DNA of 64,000 bases, taken from assembly GCF_009914755.1 (NCBI RefSeq), contig NC_060945.1; one strand, 5' to 3'. The translations under genes were made by a program, and so were the position numbers. Below, in pieces: positions 1 through 18,100 of this stretch. Numbering within the stretch: position 1 is the stretch's first letter; every line of letters begins with the position of its first letter. The notes under the pieces were generated by a model. The model did not search any database. It was given only the letters and a program-made list of their open reading frames with translations, and was not told the DNA's origin. The DNA is from the human T2T-CHM13v2.0 reference genome, Homo sapiens.

Positions 1-310
1 AATCAAGTATCCCTCTCTCTAAGAAGCCCTCTCCAGCCTCCCCAGGCCTCTGGCTGTTTCCTTTACTGAATGCATAGAGTTATATTTATAGTTTTCCATC
101 CTGATTCCATCATTTGAATCCAAGTTCTTCTAAGGTCAGAAGCTAGACCATGTTCTTTCACAAATCCTAGGGTCTAGCAAAATACTTTACACAGAGTAAG
201 GACCCGGTAAATAAATGGAAGGGTGGATGAATGGATGGGTGAATGGATGAAAAGATGATGAATGGACAGATGGATGGAAGGATGGACGGTTAAGTGGTTG
301 AATGGATGGG
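1..310 (+). mobile_element. L2 3' end with tail expanded into (TGGA)n-like microsatellite
   Basis: Diverged L2 3' terminus (…tctagcaaaatactttacacagagtaaggacccggtaaataaat) followed by imperfect TGGA/TGAA repeats at ~214-310. Confidence 0.6.
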
Positions 311-734
311 AGAATTTTGTAGACACGTCTCAAGAACCATCAATAGTTGATATCCAGTCTCTCAATGTCTCTACTGTGCTAAAATGATTCCCTTGTCTTC
401 AGCTGACATTTATCAGTGATTGGTACAATGAGCATAGGAGGACTGATGGACTTCTAGCAAAAGGTTAATTCACTCAACTCCACATCTAAAATATGATCTT
501 AGGAGATTTTGGCCTGCAGTTGGTCTTCTCCAGGGGAGTCAGCCTATGGCAGGTTGGATGCTCATCCCAGCTGGAATCATGGTGTCTGTCCAACTCTTCC
601 AACTCCTATAGAAGACCTGCCATGGCAAACTCAACCAAATATGTCACAGCCTTTGTGATCAGGAAGGGTTTCTCAGCATCCTTTACAAATCTCTAAAGCT
701 ACGGAAGAAAATTACTACCTCTTGTTAAGATGGA

Positions 735-915
735 CCATGGTATTTAACAAAGATCGCTGGGTTGGAAACCAGGACGTCTATGCTCTTGGCCTGGTTCTGC
801 CACTAATTTGCTCTGGGATTTGGGGCCAGCCACTTCACCTCCATAGACCTTAGCCTCTTTGTGAGAAAAATGGGGACTGTATGATTTCAAGGCCCTGTTC
901 GGCTCTGCAAGGCAT
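735..915 (+). mobile_element. MIR (MIR3/MIRc-like) SINE
   Basis: MIR core-like ggttctgccactaatttgctctgggatttggggccagccacttcacct. Confidence 0.6.
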
Positions 916-1055
916 GATTTCATGTTCTGCAGGGCCGCAGGCTCTAAGACCCCAACTTAGCCCTGCAAGATGGACTTCAGAGGCCCTTCCCTGCAATCCT
1001 CCTGCTTGGCCCTGCTGTCTGCCCACAGACTTCCCACGGAGAGGAGAACACAGCC

Positions 1056-1280
1056 CACGGTGGTTACCAGCACGGAGCTTGGCTCTGTTGCCCACTAGCT
1101 CTGTGGCCTTCGGCAAGTTCCTTAACCTCTCTGTGCCTCAGTTTCCTGATGCATAAGATGAGATAACAAAGGGACCCACCTGCTAGGGCAGTTAGAGGAT
1201 AAAAGGACAAAATGCACAGAAAGTGCTTATTATGGTGCCAAATGCAGAGGAAGTGCTGGAGAGATGGGAGTTATGATGAT
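1056..1280 (+). mobile_element. MIR SINE
   Basis: Core ggcaagttccttaacctctctgtgcctcagtttcctgatgcataagatg. Confidence 0.85.
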
Positions 1281-1894
1281 GGTGTTTATGAGAGACTGAT
1301 GGCAGAAGCCACAGATTCTGGCCTCTCATCCATTGAGACCTCCCTGACAGCCGCCTCAATACCAGGACTCTTAGATCTGCAGGTCCTGGTTCTTAAAGGC
1401 ACGTTCAGCCTCCACACTCCTGATGTGTGCCTGGGCCAAGGATAGGGAGCCCCAGCAGCTTGAATTAAACCATTGTCTGGATAAAGGGGGAGCCCACAGG
1501 GAGCAGGGGCCGTTCCTAGCTCTCTGGGCTGCCTGAGCGCCCCTTCCTCTATTTTCTCCCCTTGTTCTTGTGGCCCTGTGGCTGCTTTTATCAGAGCAGA
1601 GGGGCTCTGACCCCTGACGGGGGAAAATGGCCGCCCTCCTCCCTCATGGCAATTATTCTCAACTGCATCAGAGCCAGAGCTCTGGGCCCAGGAGGGCTGC
1701 TTTAGCACAGGGTGGGCTTGGAGGAGGCAGCTGTTCCCCATCGGAACATTTTGAAAGTGGCTTTGTCTCCAACCAGCAACCCTTTGGCGCCGGATTCCTG
1801 TGCACCTTCGAGCAACAAGGCAGCAAAGTGGTCCATCCACCCACAGAGGAAGAAACTGCGGCCGTCCCGCTGATGCTGAGAAAAGGAGCGCTCA

Positions 1895-2891
<997 letters not shown>

Positions 2892-2925
2892 TGACTACTT
2901 CCCTTCTCCTTGGGCAGCTCTTTAA

Positions 2926-3266
<341 letters not shown>

Positions 3267-4199
3267 ACACTTTGGTTTCTTACTTGAGCTCTCCACAGTG
3301 AGAAAGAGTTGAAGGGGAAAGAAAAAGGTGCTGTCAAAGTAGCTGAGACGGAAGCCAAGCGCAAAAAAGTCAATATTAGCTTTGCAGTCATCTTATTCCA
3401 CTAAATTTGTTTTAAACTAAGATATTAGTTTACAAGTTCTCTCCAGAAATGACAGACTATTTATTCTTCCATGGAAGGCAAGCCGTTTGAAAGGTTTTTT
3501 AAAAAGCAAGGATAAAAGAACAATCTAATGTGCCAGAATACAAGGCTAAAATGATTTTTTTTTCTAGAAAAACAAAAGATCCCAATGTATTTATAGTGTA
3601 TAGCTAATGGATATAAGAAAATCTTTTCAGGAAAATTAATGACAATGTGAAGAGTCATTCCTTCATTTGAAAACTGGGTTAGCTTCCTGAAGGGAGGGAG
3701 AGAGGCTTTCACGCTTTTGGTTCACTGAGAGCCAAGCTGGCTGGGACCACCAAAGCCGTCCCACCAACCCTTCTGATGAAGAGACTGTGGTCTCAGTGGC
3801 AACTGCCATTGATTGAGAGCCTCCCACCTTCCAGGTGTTTTACATGAACTTGCTCATTTAGTTCAACAGCTCTGCCCAGAGGCTTCAGTGCCCCTACTTT
3901 GTGGGGGTGGGGTGTGAGAATGTCTCACTTTAGAAGCTGAGATTCTAAGAACAACTCAGGTGCAGCAGACTCCCTGAGCCTTGCTCTGTGTATCCAGCTG
4001 TGTGTACATCACAGACAGGACTTGACGTGACTTCTCTCCCATCATGGGCTCCATGCTCCAGGCCGCTTGAGCTAAGCCCACTTCCATTCTGGAAAGCTTT
4101 GGGCTGGGAGCTGATGGCAGGAGACGCAGGAGGAGGCAAAGAAGGGCAGACACGTGGGCTGCTCAGACTGTGATCACAGGCCACCAGGAGAGGGGCTTG

Positions 4200-4927
4200 G
4201 GGACAGTCCTTGTGAAACCTCCCTGCGAGGCCGGCGAGGCCCCAGGGGTGCATTGGGCTCCATAGTCCAAAGGAGGCATGAGGGTCCCACTGGGTCTCCA
4301 GCTCCCCAGCTCTGGTGTCCGTAGGCTGCTCCCTTCCAAGGCTCCAGTGTCACCCTGTCTGGGAAACTCACAGCTCCTCAAGGTCCCCGGTCCCTCGCAA
4401 AGGGTCACATCCAGCCCTCCGTGATCTCCTTCTAAGACAGCATTATGACCCGTTTGTCTTTTCTCCCTGCCACAGGACAGTGGGATTCTGCGGGCTTCGG
4501 TGCCTTCTCCACGATGCTGAGGGCCTGAGCCTGCTCCACAGCCTTGAATGTTTAAGGCATCCTCGCTTCCAGCCCCCGTGTGGCGAGAAAGCAGTAAAGG
4601 AGCAGAGGGAAGGTCCGGACCCCCACGGCCAAAGGAGGCATCTGCGCAGAGCACACAGCACTGGCTGGCACCTGACTCTTCTGTGGCGGCCCTGAGGCCC
4701 GCACTGTGCGGGAAGCGGCAGCCGAAGGGCCCGGATTCAAGGCCGGCATGGACTCGGGAGCTCGTGACCTTGGGCCAGTCGCTCCACCTCTCTGGGATTC
4801 TGCACTCTTCTCTTTGACAATGTGTGGGTGTTCCCCAGGCACCTTCAGGGCAGCAGAGAAAGCCAAGATGACAGATGCTGGAGAATGACAGGAGGCACGG
4901 AATCGATGACTTTCTAACACACACCAC

Positions 4928-4972
<45 letters not shown>

Positions 4973-5030
4973 CACTGCCCGCAGCGCCTCATTATTCCCA
5001 GATAGATAGCATCAGGGGGAGGGAGCCGGC
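4200..5030. promoter_or_regulatory. CpG-enriched GC-rich unique patch (weak CpG-island-like, putative regulatory element)
   Basis: About 16 CpGs in ~4560-4790 by manual count, in non-repeat DNA; surroundings are CpG-depleted. Confidence 0.4.
4917..4970. repeat. (CA)n microsatellite
   Basis: ~21 perfect CA units plus imperfect 5' flank. Confidence 0.98.
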
Positions 5031-5139
5031 TGCTCTATTTTTCTTTTAATTAAATAATTAATTTGGACTCTGCCTTGTTCTAGAAATTATTAAAACCAGG
5101 CAGCCAAAAATTTCCAGTAACATCTTTTCTTCATTACCA

Positions 5140-7290
<2,151 letters not shown>

Positions 7291-7757
7291 TCACACAAAT
7301 AATTGCTAGTCTCTTGTATTTCTCCTCCATGAGGACAGGGACTCGGGTCTATAGGCCATTTAAGATCATCTTTTTCCCCATTAATGTCAAAACTAAGAGT
7401 TCTGATAGAAGGTTTTTTATAGACTCAAATTTGTCTGAAGCTTCTGGGGATTTGGAGAACACCCTCTCGGAATCTCTCAGTACCCCTAGATGTGACAGCA
7501 AAACACAGCTGTCCTGAGCATCCTTCACTCGTTTCCCGGTGCCGACAGTTGGCACTCACTTCTCTTTGGTTTTTCCTTAAAGGAAGACCCAGACACCCCG
7601 GCCCCACTCTAGGATGTTCAGACTGAAAGCTCCCAGATGGTCTGTTTTACACTTCTGAGCATGTATCATGGCTACCGAGGATTTTGTGACAATGGTCACA
7701 AAATTAGGACTCCATAAAATAAATACCTGATTGGGACCACCAGGAAACCAAACTCAT

Positions 7758-7946
7758 CTGGCGGTTCTCAACCCTGACTGAATTAAAAAAAAAAAAAAGA
7801 ATCATCTTTGGAAATTTTAAATACTACCAATGCCTTGGAGATGCTGTCAATCTGTCTGGGATTGGGCATCAGTACATTTCAACCCCTGGTCCCCTCCACT
7901 CCCTTGGAATTTGATTCTGATGTGCAGCCAGGGCTAAGACCCACTT
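7758..7946. mobile_element. MER5A-like hAT-Charlie MITE
   Basis: Termini ggttctcaaccctg… and …tgattctgatgtgcagccagggctaagacccact. Confidence 0.7.
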
Positions 7947-8354
7947 CTTTAAATGGTGCCCAACGGATTCATCAAATGCTTATTTATATGCAACAGAAAC
8001 AAATTATAGATGATTTAAGCAATAAAGGGGTTTATTTAAATGATATTTAAATAGATATCTTTGGCCTTTGGGAGAGCCGAAGAACCAGCCTTGATGTCTA
8101 CATTCCAGTACCAGTTCCGCACATCACACCATAGAACTGACACAGCGATGACACACTGCCTGCTGCTGGGCTTACACACCCAGAGACACAACTGGGTTTT
8201 GGGAGCCATTCTAACGGAAAAATAAAAATCATAAACAGAAAATTAGGCACCAAAGTAAATATTCATCATGAGAAAAAAACCCCAATTTAATATCATTAAA
8301 GTTAAATATTTACACCTTATCTAAACCAAATTACCTCCCAAATGCCCCATATAA

Positions 8355-9060
<706 letters not shown>

Positions 9061-9157
9061 CTATGTAAGAATATGGTTATAAAATGTAATTTTATAATAT
9101 TTTCTGTAGAAAGAATAGATAATTTGGTCTTTCTTTTAGCATGGTTTATCCAAATTT

Positions 9158-9659
9158 CTTTTTTAAGTAATCTTTTTAATATAGAATAGTTTTATACTTA
9201 CAAAAAGTTGTGAAGATAGTACAAAGAGTTCTTTCATATTTCTTACCCAGTTTCCTCTGTTGTATATTTGTTACAATGAATGAACCAATATTGATAAATT
9301 ATTATTAACTAAATTCCATATTTTATTTACATTTCCTTAGATGTTTTCTCATCTCTTTTTCTGTCCCAGGATCTCATTCAAGATAACATACTACATTTAA
9401 TCATCCTATCTCCTTAGCCTCCTCCAGACTGTGCCAGTTTCTCAGACTTTCTATGTTTTTGATGACCTTGACCGTTTTGAGGAGTGCTGGTCAGGTATTT
9501 TGTAGAACGTCCCTCCATTTGGGTTTGTCTGACATTTTTCTCTTGGTTAGACTGGGGTTATGGGCCTTTGGGAGGAAGGCCACAGAGGCAAAATGCCATT
9601 TTCATCCCATCATATTATATGCTGTCACTGATAATGTCAATCTTGATCATCTGTCCGAG
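9158..9659 (-). mobile_element. L1MC/MD 3' end fragment
   Basis: gatgaccttgaccgttttgaggagtgctggtcaggtattttgtagaacgtccctc; flanked by TSD atccaaattt (9148-9157, 9660-9669). Confidence 0.85.
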
Positions 9660-10699
9660 ATCCAAATTTGTTTTACATTAATTATGATTTAGAAAAGTCT
9701 CCTTTAACTTCATACCCACTATGGGCATTGTCATGTAAAGTTATAGGATTGTTGTTAAATTTGGAACAGCTTCTATCAAGTTTCATCTGCAATCTGAGCA
9801 TCTAGAAGGGTTTTCCACAGACTAGCTTCTAGCGGCATGCATTTTGGATCTTGTTTCCCCTCCACTCCCCACGTAATTCCACAGCCTGGTACTCAGGACA
9901 TATTTATATTGCAACTCAATTTCTGTCCCAGAACCTTCATATCATGAAGTTTGTTAATTTGGCACAGTGGACAGTAGAAATTTCCTGGCAGCCATTCTGA
10001 CCCCGGGGAGGCCAGCAGACTGTAGAAGTAATTAGGAACCACAGAAAAATGATGCCACACTGAACTCAAATGAAATGTATCCTAATGCATCTTCCCCTTA
10101 GTTTGTCCCCAAAAATGCCACAGCCACTCCAACACCACATGGCATGAAAGGAAGTGTGACAAATGGTACATTGGAGTGGATGGAGACAATGATCAGCCTT
10201 AACAAATTACAGTTCAAATATCTCGCTTTTGCAGCTTTTATAAAAAAACATGTGAACACATTTCTGGAACACCCTCCTAGGCCTTGGAAGAGGCTTGTTA
10301 TAGTAAGGCACCTCCAAATTTAAGTCATTAGATTAACCATTAATCTGGCTCTGCAAATGCCTTAGTGTATGCTGCAGACCCCCCCGACCCTGAACCCAAG
10401 ATGCTGCAGCTTGAAACACTAGCGCTGCTGTCTCTGGAAATCAGATATGGCTGCTGCTGCCCTAGAGAAGATTCTTCACTATGTCTGCTTCGGTTTGTCA
10501 CCACCTTTCAATTCAAAGTCTGGGGAGGGTGTTTGGCATTGGTTGAGCCTAAATCTTATGCCTTCGCCCTAGCTGCGGGGGGAGGCTGGGAATGTATCTG
10601 TTAATTTGAGCTTATAGAGTGAAGACAAGTTCTGCCTTCTAGTGTGGCAGCCCTCAAATCAAAGCAGAAAGTTTATTGTTTGTAGTTGCATTAAAAAAA

Positions 10700-10860
10700 A
10701 GCATGAAATGATATAAAAGGAACTGATGAAAGTAGTTACCTGTGGGGGAGGGTAGTGGGAGGAGATTAGGAGCCAGACTTCTTAATGTGAGCATTTTCCT
10801 ATCATTTTGAGTTTTAAAACGTGTGCATATATTATCTAGTCAAAAATTAAAAATTTTAAG
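10700..10860 (+). mobile_element. Old L1 (L1ME/MC) extreme 3' end
   Basis: agtagttacctgtgggggag…atatattatctagtcaaaaattaaaaattttaa. Confidence 0.6.
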
Positions 10861-11668
10861 GGTGATATAATCATATTAACAAATGTCACAAATCTAAGTA
10901 ACTTCTCTCTTAAATAAACATTCTGAGCAAGGATTAAAAACATTATACTACTAAGTGCACTGCTACACTTCCATCTGTGTTATTTAATGCCACCAAATCC
11001 ATCAGGCCAATTTGCTTTCCTCTCTTCTCTGCCTATTTTGGCATCCTCCCAAATGGCTCATTTTCACAACATCCCCATGAATTGGCAGTGATTAGCCTTA
11101 CTGGTAGGGGGAGAAATGGTATGGATTTCCCATACAATGCAAAATACCGTGACTCACTTTCTTGTCGGGAGATTTCAGAACAGTTCCTCACACACAAAGG
11201 AGGCTTTTCAGAACCAAACACTGCATTAGGTGCTGAGCTAAAGTGAAGCCAGTGAAGATTTGCTCATTGTCCAGAGATGAATCCTTAGGGTTTGTGAAGT
11301 TCTGGGGAAGGAGGCAGGGGAGATCACCATCCAAGGAGTGGAGTGGAAGATTTCATAAAGTGCTTCTGGAGCAATCCTAGTCTATCAGAAAGACCAAGGA
11401 GTCCTCTCTGAGAAAAGAAAGCCCTTGATCGGGAAGATAAAGAAAGGACCCAGCTAGAAGTGATGTTCAAAATATTTAACCACTTTTATGGGATGGACCT
11501 GACCAATCAGAACCTGACAGGTTTCAAAGCTTCAGAGAAGTCTAGAATCCCTGGTGACCAAGAGAAAGTGATCAGGAATAGCGCCGAGAAAGCTGGAAAC
11601 ACACCTGATACGAAAGTCATGGTTGGAGTCTGTTCTGGTTAGGAGGTAGAGAGACAACTGCATCCTAA

Positions 11669-12098
<430 letters not shown>

Positions 12099-12887
12099 TG
12101 AAGTCTTTCTAGAAGGATTCTCCATCTTATTTTTGTCCTAGAGATACTCAATACTCAGTAATCTCATCCTGATCCAATATGGCCTACCCTGAGGAATGGA
12201 GGAAGAGCTTGGTTCTGGATTGGACTCTTCTGGCAAGGCAGGCATGACAGCAGACCTTGCTATTCACGAGTTTACGAATAATCTTGAGGAACCTTGAGCT
12301 CACCTGTGGTCACTCCTTCTTCCCACCCCAAGGAGAAGAGAAGCTTGTCTTCTTGGATGCAGTTGGGAGCCTACAGCCTACTCCCACACCCAGGCCTCTG
12401 TGGCTGTCCAAAGTCCACGTGTCCCCAAGACCATCCTCACTTGGGGAGGACGTCGGCATATTATGGGTTCAGTCATTCTAGGTATAACTATCTTCTGTAT
12501 GACCAGGTCAAGCTATATATAGCTTAGAAATTTTCAGGTGCTCGATTAGTAATCACAACCAATGTGATTCAAGCATCTATCTGCTTGGATTTTTTAAAAA
12601 AGTGTTTTCAGTCTTCCCAGTCCTGGATATTTTAAGCAGAAGGACCCATCCAAGCATCATAGGATAAGCACCCAAATCAGAACAAGCTCCTGGTATCTCA
12701 GGCCTAGGTGAAGCTCCTTTCTCATTACTGCCCATCTTCCCTGACCAGACTGAGCCTTTATCCCCTGTAATGATCCTGAGATTGCCCCTTGGATACAAGG
12801 ACAGTTTCATTTTGGTCTGATATTCTGCCACAGATTTGATCCTCTGATCTGCCCTGGGAATAGATCTCCCTGATCAAGAAGGACTCC

Positions 12888-13590
12888 TGTGCAGTAAATA
12901 ATTCACCTTGTCCAAAAGAGGTTTGACTTTTGCCCTCAGCACATGAGAGGTAACTTCTAAGCCCTTGAAATGTTTCTGAGGCAGGAGAATGTTGTGAACC
13001 CAGGAGACGGAGCTTGCAGTGAGCTGAGATCACGCCACTGCACTTCAGCCTATACGGTAGAGTGAGACTCCGTCTCAAAAAAAAAAAAAAAAAAAGAGAA
13101 TGCCTTTGTTTATATGGGGGGCTTGGGATAGCCCAAAGGGTCTATGTTATCAATGTGATTTATGGTGGGGACTTTGAACCACACAGTATCAACCTGACCT
13201 CTGGAAGTGCTGGTGACCAAGGTCAGCCCAGCAGATGGTCAATCATGTCTACGTGAACAAGTCCCAATAAAAACTGTGCACACCAAGACTCTGGTGAGTT
13301 TTTCCTGGTTAATAATACTCTGTGCATGATGTCAAATGTTGTGTCTGAGAGGTGCTCTCTGCACGACTCATGTTTAATGACTTCTAAAATCTGACCTATA
13401 TGCCTCTTCCCTTGGAGGATTTTAATCTGTATCCTTTCATGGTAATAAAGCATAACCATGAATATAATGACTTTTCTGAGTTCTGTGCATCTTGCTAGCA
13501 AATTATTGAATCTGAGATGGTCCTGGGGATCTTCAATTTGTTGTTGGTGTCAGAAGTGAGGAGGATCTTGTAGACACCCGAACTTTGCAA
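12888..13590 (+). mobile_element. MER68/MER77-like ERV solo LTR
   Basis: Starts tgtgcagtaaataattcaccttgtccaaaagag; contains ttttaatctgtatcctttc…taataaagcataaccatgaatataat. Confidence 0.75.
12976..13095 (+). mobile_element. 5'-truncated AluY right-arm fragment inside the LTR
   Basis: AluY-type gagaatg.tgtgaaccc…ggagcttgcagtgag plus A19 tail. Confidence 0.9.
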
Positions 13591-14254
13591 CCTTCAAAGT
13601 AGAATCCCAGCATCAACTCACCTGGCCAGAACTCCCATGAAAAGCGATTAGCAATCTTCATCCTAGAACCTGGGGACATTCTGTTTTTCCTTCTTTTCTG
13701 GTCAATCGGTCTCTTCTCAGCCACTGCACTCTTAGAACAGTCTGACCTCCTAGTTTCCCTTTGGAGCCTTTCCTACCTCATCCCCAAACCAGGTTAAACC
13801 CTCCCACCTGCTGTTTATCCTCTTCTAGAGATATCTCCCTTTTCTGCATCATTACCTTCTCTTATCAGGCACATACCCCAGGTTCATACCTGCCCAAATG
13901 AGGTCCTCCTTCTGTCAGTCAATTCCTGAATTATCAAAGCTCACCACATCTTCTGAGCTGGCATTTCCATATGATATCAGTCTGCTGAAAATAAATTCCA
14001 ATATACAGACACAAGGAGATCCAGTTAAAAGAGCCCAGGAAATTCTCTATTTATTACAGAATGACAAGTAGAGGTCTTGACGTAAACGCAGAAAAGCAGG
14101 AGGCCCCGGAATCTCACAGAAAGAAATAACATGAGAACTGGGAAGGACAGTTCTGAAGCTTTCATAAGACAAATCCATCAAACACAAGAGAGAAAATTAG
14201 ATTTCCTATTCTGCTTTTTCAATAGTGATCCAATTAATACTTGAATACTTGAAT

Positions 14255-14516
14255 ACTTCTAAGCCCTTGAAATGTTTCTGAGGCAGGAGAATGGTGTGAA
14301 CCCAGGAGGCGGAGCTTGCAGTGAGCTGAGATCACGCCACTGCACTTCAGCCTATACAGTAGAGCGAGACTCCGTCTCAAAAAAAAAAAAAAAAAAGAAT
14401 GCCTTTGTTTACATGGGGGGCTTGGGATAGCCCAAAGGGTCTATGTTATCAATGTGATTTATGGTGGGGACTTTGAACCACACAGTATCAACCTGACCTC
14501 TGGAAGTGCTGGTGAC
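14255..14516 (+). repeat. Dispersed direct duplicate of 12953-13217 (LTR fragment plus AluY fragment)
   Basis: Near-identical over ~262 bp: 5 substitutions plus a tail difference. Confidence 0.97.
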
Positions 14517-15049
14517 TGGGGCAATAAAAACACAGTAATTTGGATCAATTGGTAAAGAGCTCAATATGAGTTAATGAAAGTTAGAATTGCAGAATATAGT
14601 GGAAGAAACACAATAAAATTACTTCCAAATATTTACATAGATTTTTAAAAAACAAGCAACCAAGTAGAAGTCTTATGGGTCGATTATAGTAAGTAGACAA
14701 TTTTCATGTGCCAGTTCACATTATTTTAATCCAATCAGTGCTACTCAAGTGCTTTAATAATGTGAAAAATAGTTTCCATTCTTAATCAGATCAAATATTT
14801 TCCTTCCAAGGCATCTGAGATTGTGTTTAGTAAATTTGTATAAATAGTAATTCTCATCTCTCATGAAGGCAAATTTGAGGGAGGAGGTGGGATGGGAGGA
14901 AGGCCTAAGTTAATAAGGAATTACTTGATTAGAATGAGTTGGCATATTACAGATCTATAAAATCGAGAGGGCTTGTTTTTCATGGATAAAAGTAGATTCA
15001 TACTAACAAATGTGTGGTCCAAGAAAGTACTATTAATACTTCATTTCGT

Positions 15050-15190
15050 TTATTTATGTATTCATTCACACATTGATTTGTTCAGCAAACATTTCTTTAA
15101 GACTTATTTCAGGCCCCATATTTGGTTTTGGTGATCAAAGATATGCAAAACACTATTTCTGCCCTCAAGGTATTTGCAGTCCACTAGGAC
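15050..15190 (-). mobile_element. L2 3' fragment
   Basis: ttcattcacacattgatttgttcagcaaacattt…ctgccctcaagg. Confidence 0.65.
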
Positions 15191-15219
15191 TCTTCAAATG
15201 ACCACAATTCCATGTGGCA

Positions 15220-16122
15220 AATAGCTCCTGGTGGGTTCTCAGAGAGCACGGAGTGAAGGACACTCCCCTTCTTCCTGAGTGTAGAGTTCAATATTTCCCA
15301 GCCTCCTCTGAGGTTACATGTGGCCACATGACTCACTTCTCCCAGTGGCATGTAGACAGAAGTCATGTCTACCTCTGCTGGGTCTAGGCTTAGGAGATGG
15401 GCATACCTCCTGCCTCTTTTCCCCTTGTAACTGGGGCAGAATATAGTCCAACATTGACCATAGATGAGGACAATGCCATTGGGTCTAGAGGATGATGCAG
15501 CAAAGACTTGACAACCTGGAAGAAATTGAGTCCCTGCCCACAAGCCTGGCACTCTTGAATGGGCAGATGGAACAGAACTGCCCACGAACCTGGCCCACTC
15601 ACTTTAGAACTGTTACTTGAGGGGGAGGAGAAACAGCTATAATTTTAAAACCACTTTATGATGGGGTCTTTTTATTCATTTTTATTATGAAAATGTTCAC
15701 ACATATAGAAAAGCTAAAAAAAATTGTACAATAGACATTTATATATCCACAGCTTAAATTATACCATTAAAATTTTACTGCACTTTCCTTTTTAAAATTA
15801 TAGACCTACCTATTTTTCCACCCATCTATTCACTCATCAGTCCTTCTTAATTTTTGAACAAAATTCAAAGTATATTGCAGACCTCTCTACATTTCAACCT
15901 AAATACTTTGGCATGCAAATTATTAACTAGACTTTTTCTTCTGATGAAAAAACTTACATACAATGAAATGCATAAATCTTAAGTGTGTAGTTGTTAAGCT
16001 TTGACAAATATTACACCCACATAACCCAAACCACTATCAAGATCAAGATCATTCAATTTCCCCAGAATTTCTATTAGGGTATTTCTGTTACAGCAGCTTA
16101 GCTTTACCTTAAATCATATACA
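15220..16122 (+). mobile_element. MLT1J-like LTR interrupted by an old L1 3' end (~15672-16070, minus strand)
   Basis: atttcccagcctcctctgaggttacatgtggccacatgactcacttct; resumes tttctgttacagcagc; insert has L1 motif acatacaatgaaatgcataaatcttaagtgt. Confidence 0.65.
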
Positions 16123-16139
16123 GAGTCATAATATTAATA

Positions 16140-16360
16140 ATAGTTAGAAGAGCTGAACATCTTTTATGTGTCAGGGATTATATAATGCATATTTTATTTT
16201 TCACAATAAAGTCATGGTGTAGGTATGATTAGCTCTGTCATATTGATAAGAAAAATTAGGTTTAAGAAATTGCCCATGTTCACTCAGCTAGTAAGTGGCA
16301 GAGATGAGCTCTGCATCTAGATCCCACTGATTATAACACCTGGCATCTTTCCACTACTCT
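16140..16360 (-). mobile_element. MIR SINE
   Basis: ttgcccatgttcactcagctagtaagtggcagag. Confidence 0.75.
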
Positions 16361-16379
16361 CTTTGACTGACTCTGCCTG

Positions 16380-16930
16380 AGGGCTTCAGGGGGAGCTTAG
16401 CTGCACAAAGGAAGAATATTTAAGCTACATCTTGAGCCTCAACCCTGGAAGATTGAGCTGAATCCACTTATCAGAAGGACAAAGCAGGGAAGGGCTTTCC
16501 ATGCAGAAGAAACATCACATCCAAAGCAAAGAAGGATGAGAGTGTAGCATTTGAACAATTGCTGATGTCTCCATCTGCTCAGAGCTTAGAGTAATAATGT
16601 AGGGGAAGCAGAAGATGAGAGTTAAAAACTGACCAAGATACTAATGCTTTGCTAAGTGGATTGGATTTGATCCTACAGGCAGTGAAGAGCCATCAAAAGG
16701 ATTTAAGCAGGGAAGTGACGTAATTAGATTTGCAATTTACAATGCAACTTAGAATGCTGTTGATGCAGAAAAATGGTATCAGAAAGAGACAGGGGCTAAG
16801 GAAACCAATGATGAAACAGGTGAAGTAGTCCTTCGGCTTGAGGATCCAAATAGAGCAGTTACTATGGAGACCATGAGCACAAGCTGGAAGACAGGTCAGC
16901 TGGTGATTCCCACTTTCAGGACAAGCTTCC
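16380..16930 (-). mobile_element. L2 fragment
   Basis: ttggatttgatcctacaggcagtgaagagccatcaaaaggatttaagcagggaagtgac. Confidence 0.75.
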
Positions 16931-16968
16931 ATTTTTTCTGTATGTGCTCTAGTTAAGAAATCTTTAAA

Positions 16969-17760
<792 letters not shown>

Positions 17761-17829
17761 CTTCAGAGTAGTAAAGGAGATGGAATCTCTCATGCAGGTT
17801 CTGACCTGGATGGCTCCCTAAGTGTAAGA

Positions 17830-18100
17830 CATGGTGGGAGACTTTGTGGCAAGAATAGCTGTCCTGGGACTTAGAAAGATCGGGATTTGTACACCAGCAT
17901 GCCACTGGCTAAATGGCCTCGAGCGTATTAGTTTACCTCTCTGGACCTGTGAGTTTTTTCTTGTTGCTGTTTCTTTGTTTCCTTCTATAGGATGGGGAAA
18001 ATGGTAGTGCTATTACAAAAAGTCGAGATGGTATTTACAAAAGTCTGCACCTTAGTCCCTGGCACATGGTGGGCCTCCATAGTGGCAGCCATTGTCATTA
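17830..18100 (+). mobile_element. MIR SINE
   Basis: gtttacctctctggacct…cctggcacatggtgggc. Confidence 0.6.

Noticed and set aside
4163-4975. Longest ORF (270 aa, minus strand)
   Set aside because: Non-ATG start, begins in the (TG)n microsatellite (CVCVCV), no recognisable domain; long open frames are expected in GC-rich DNA.
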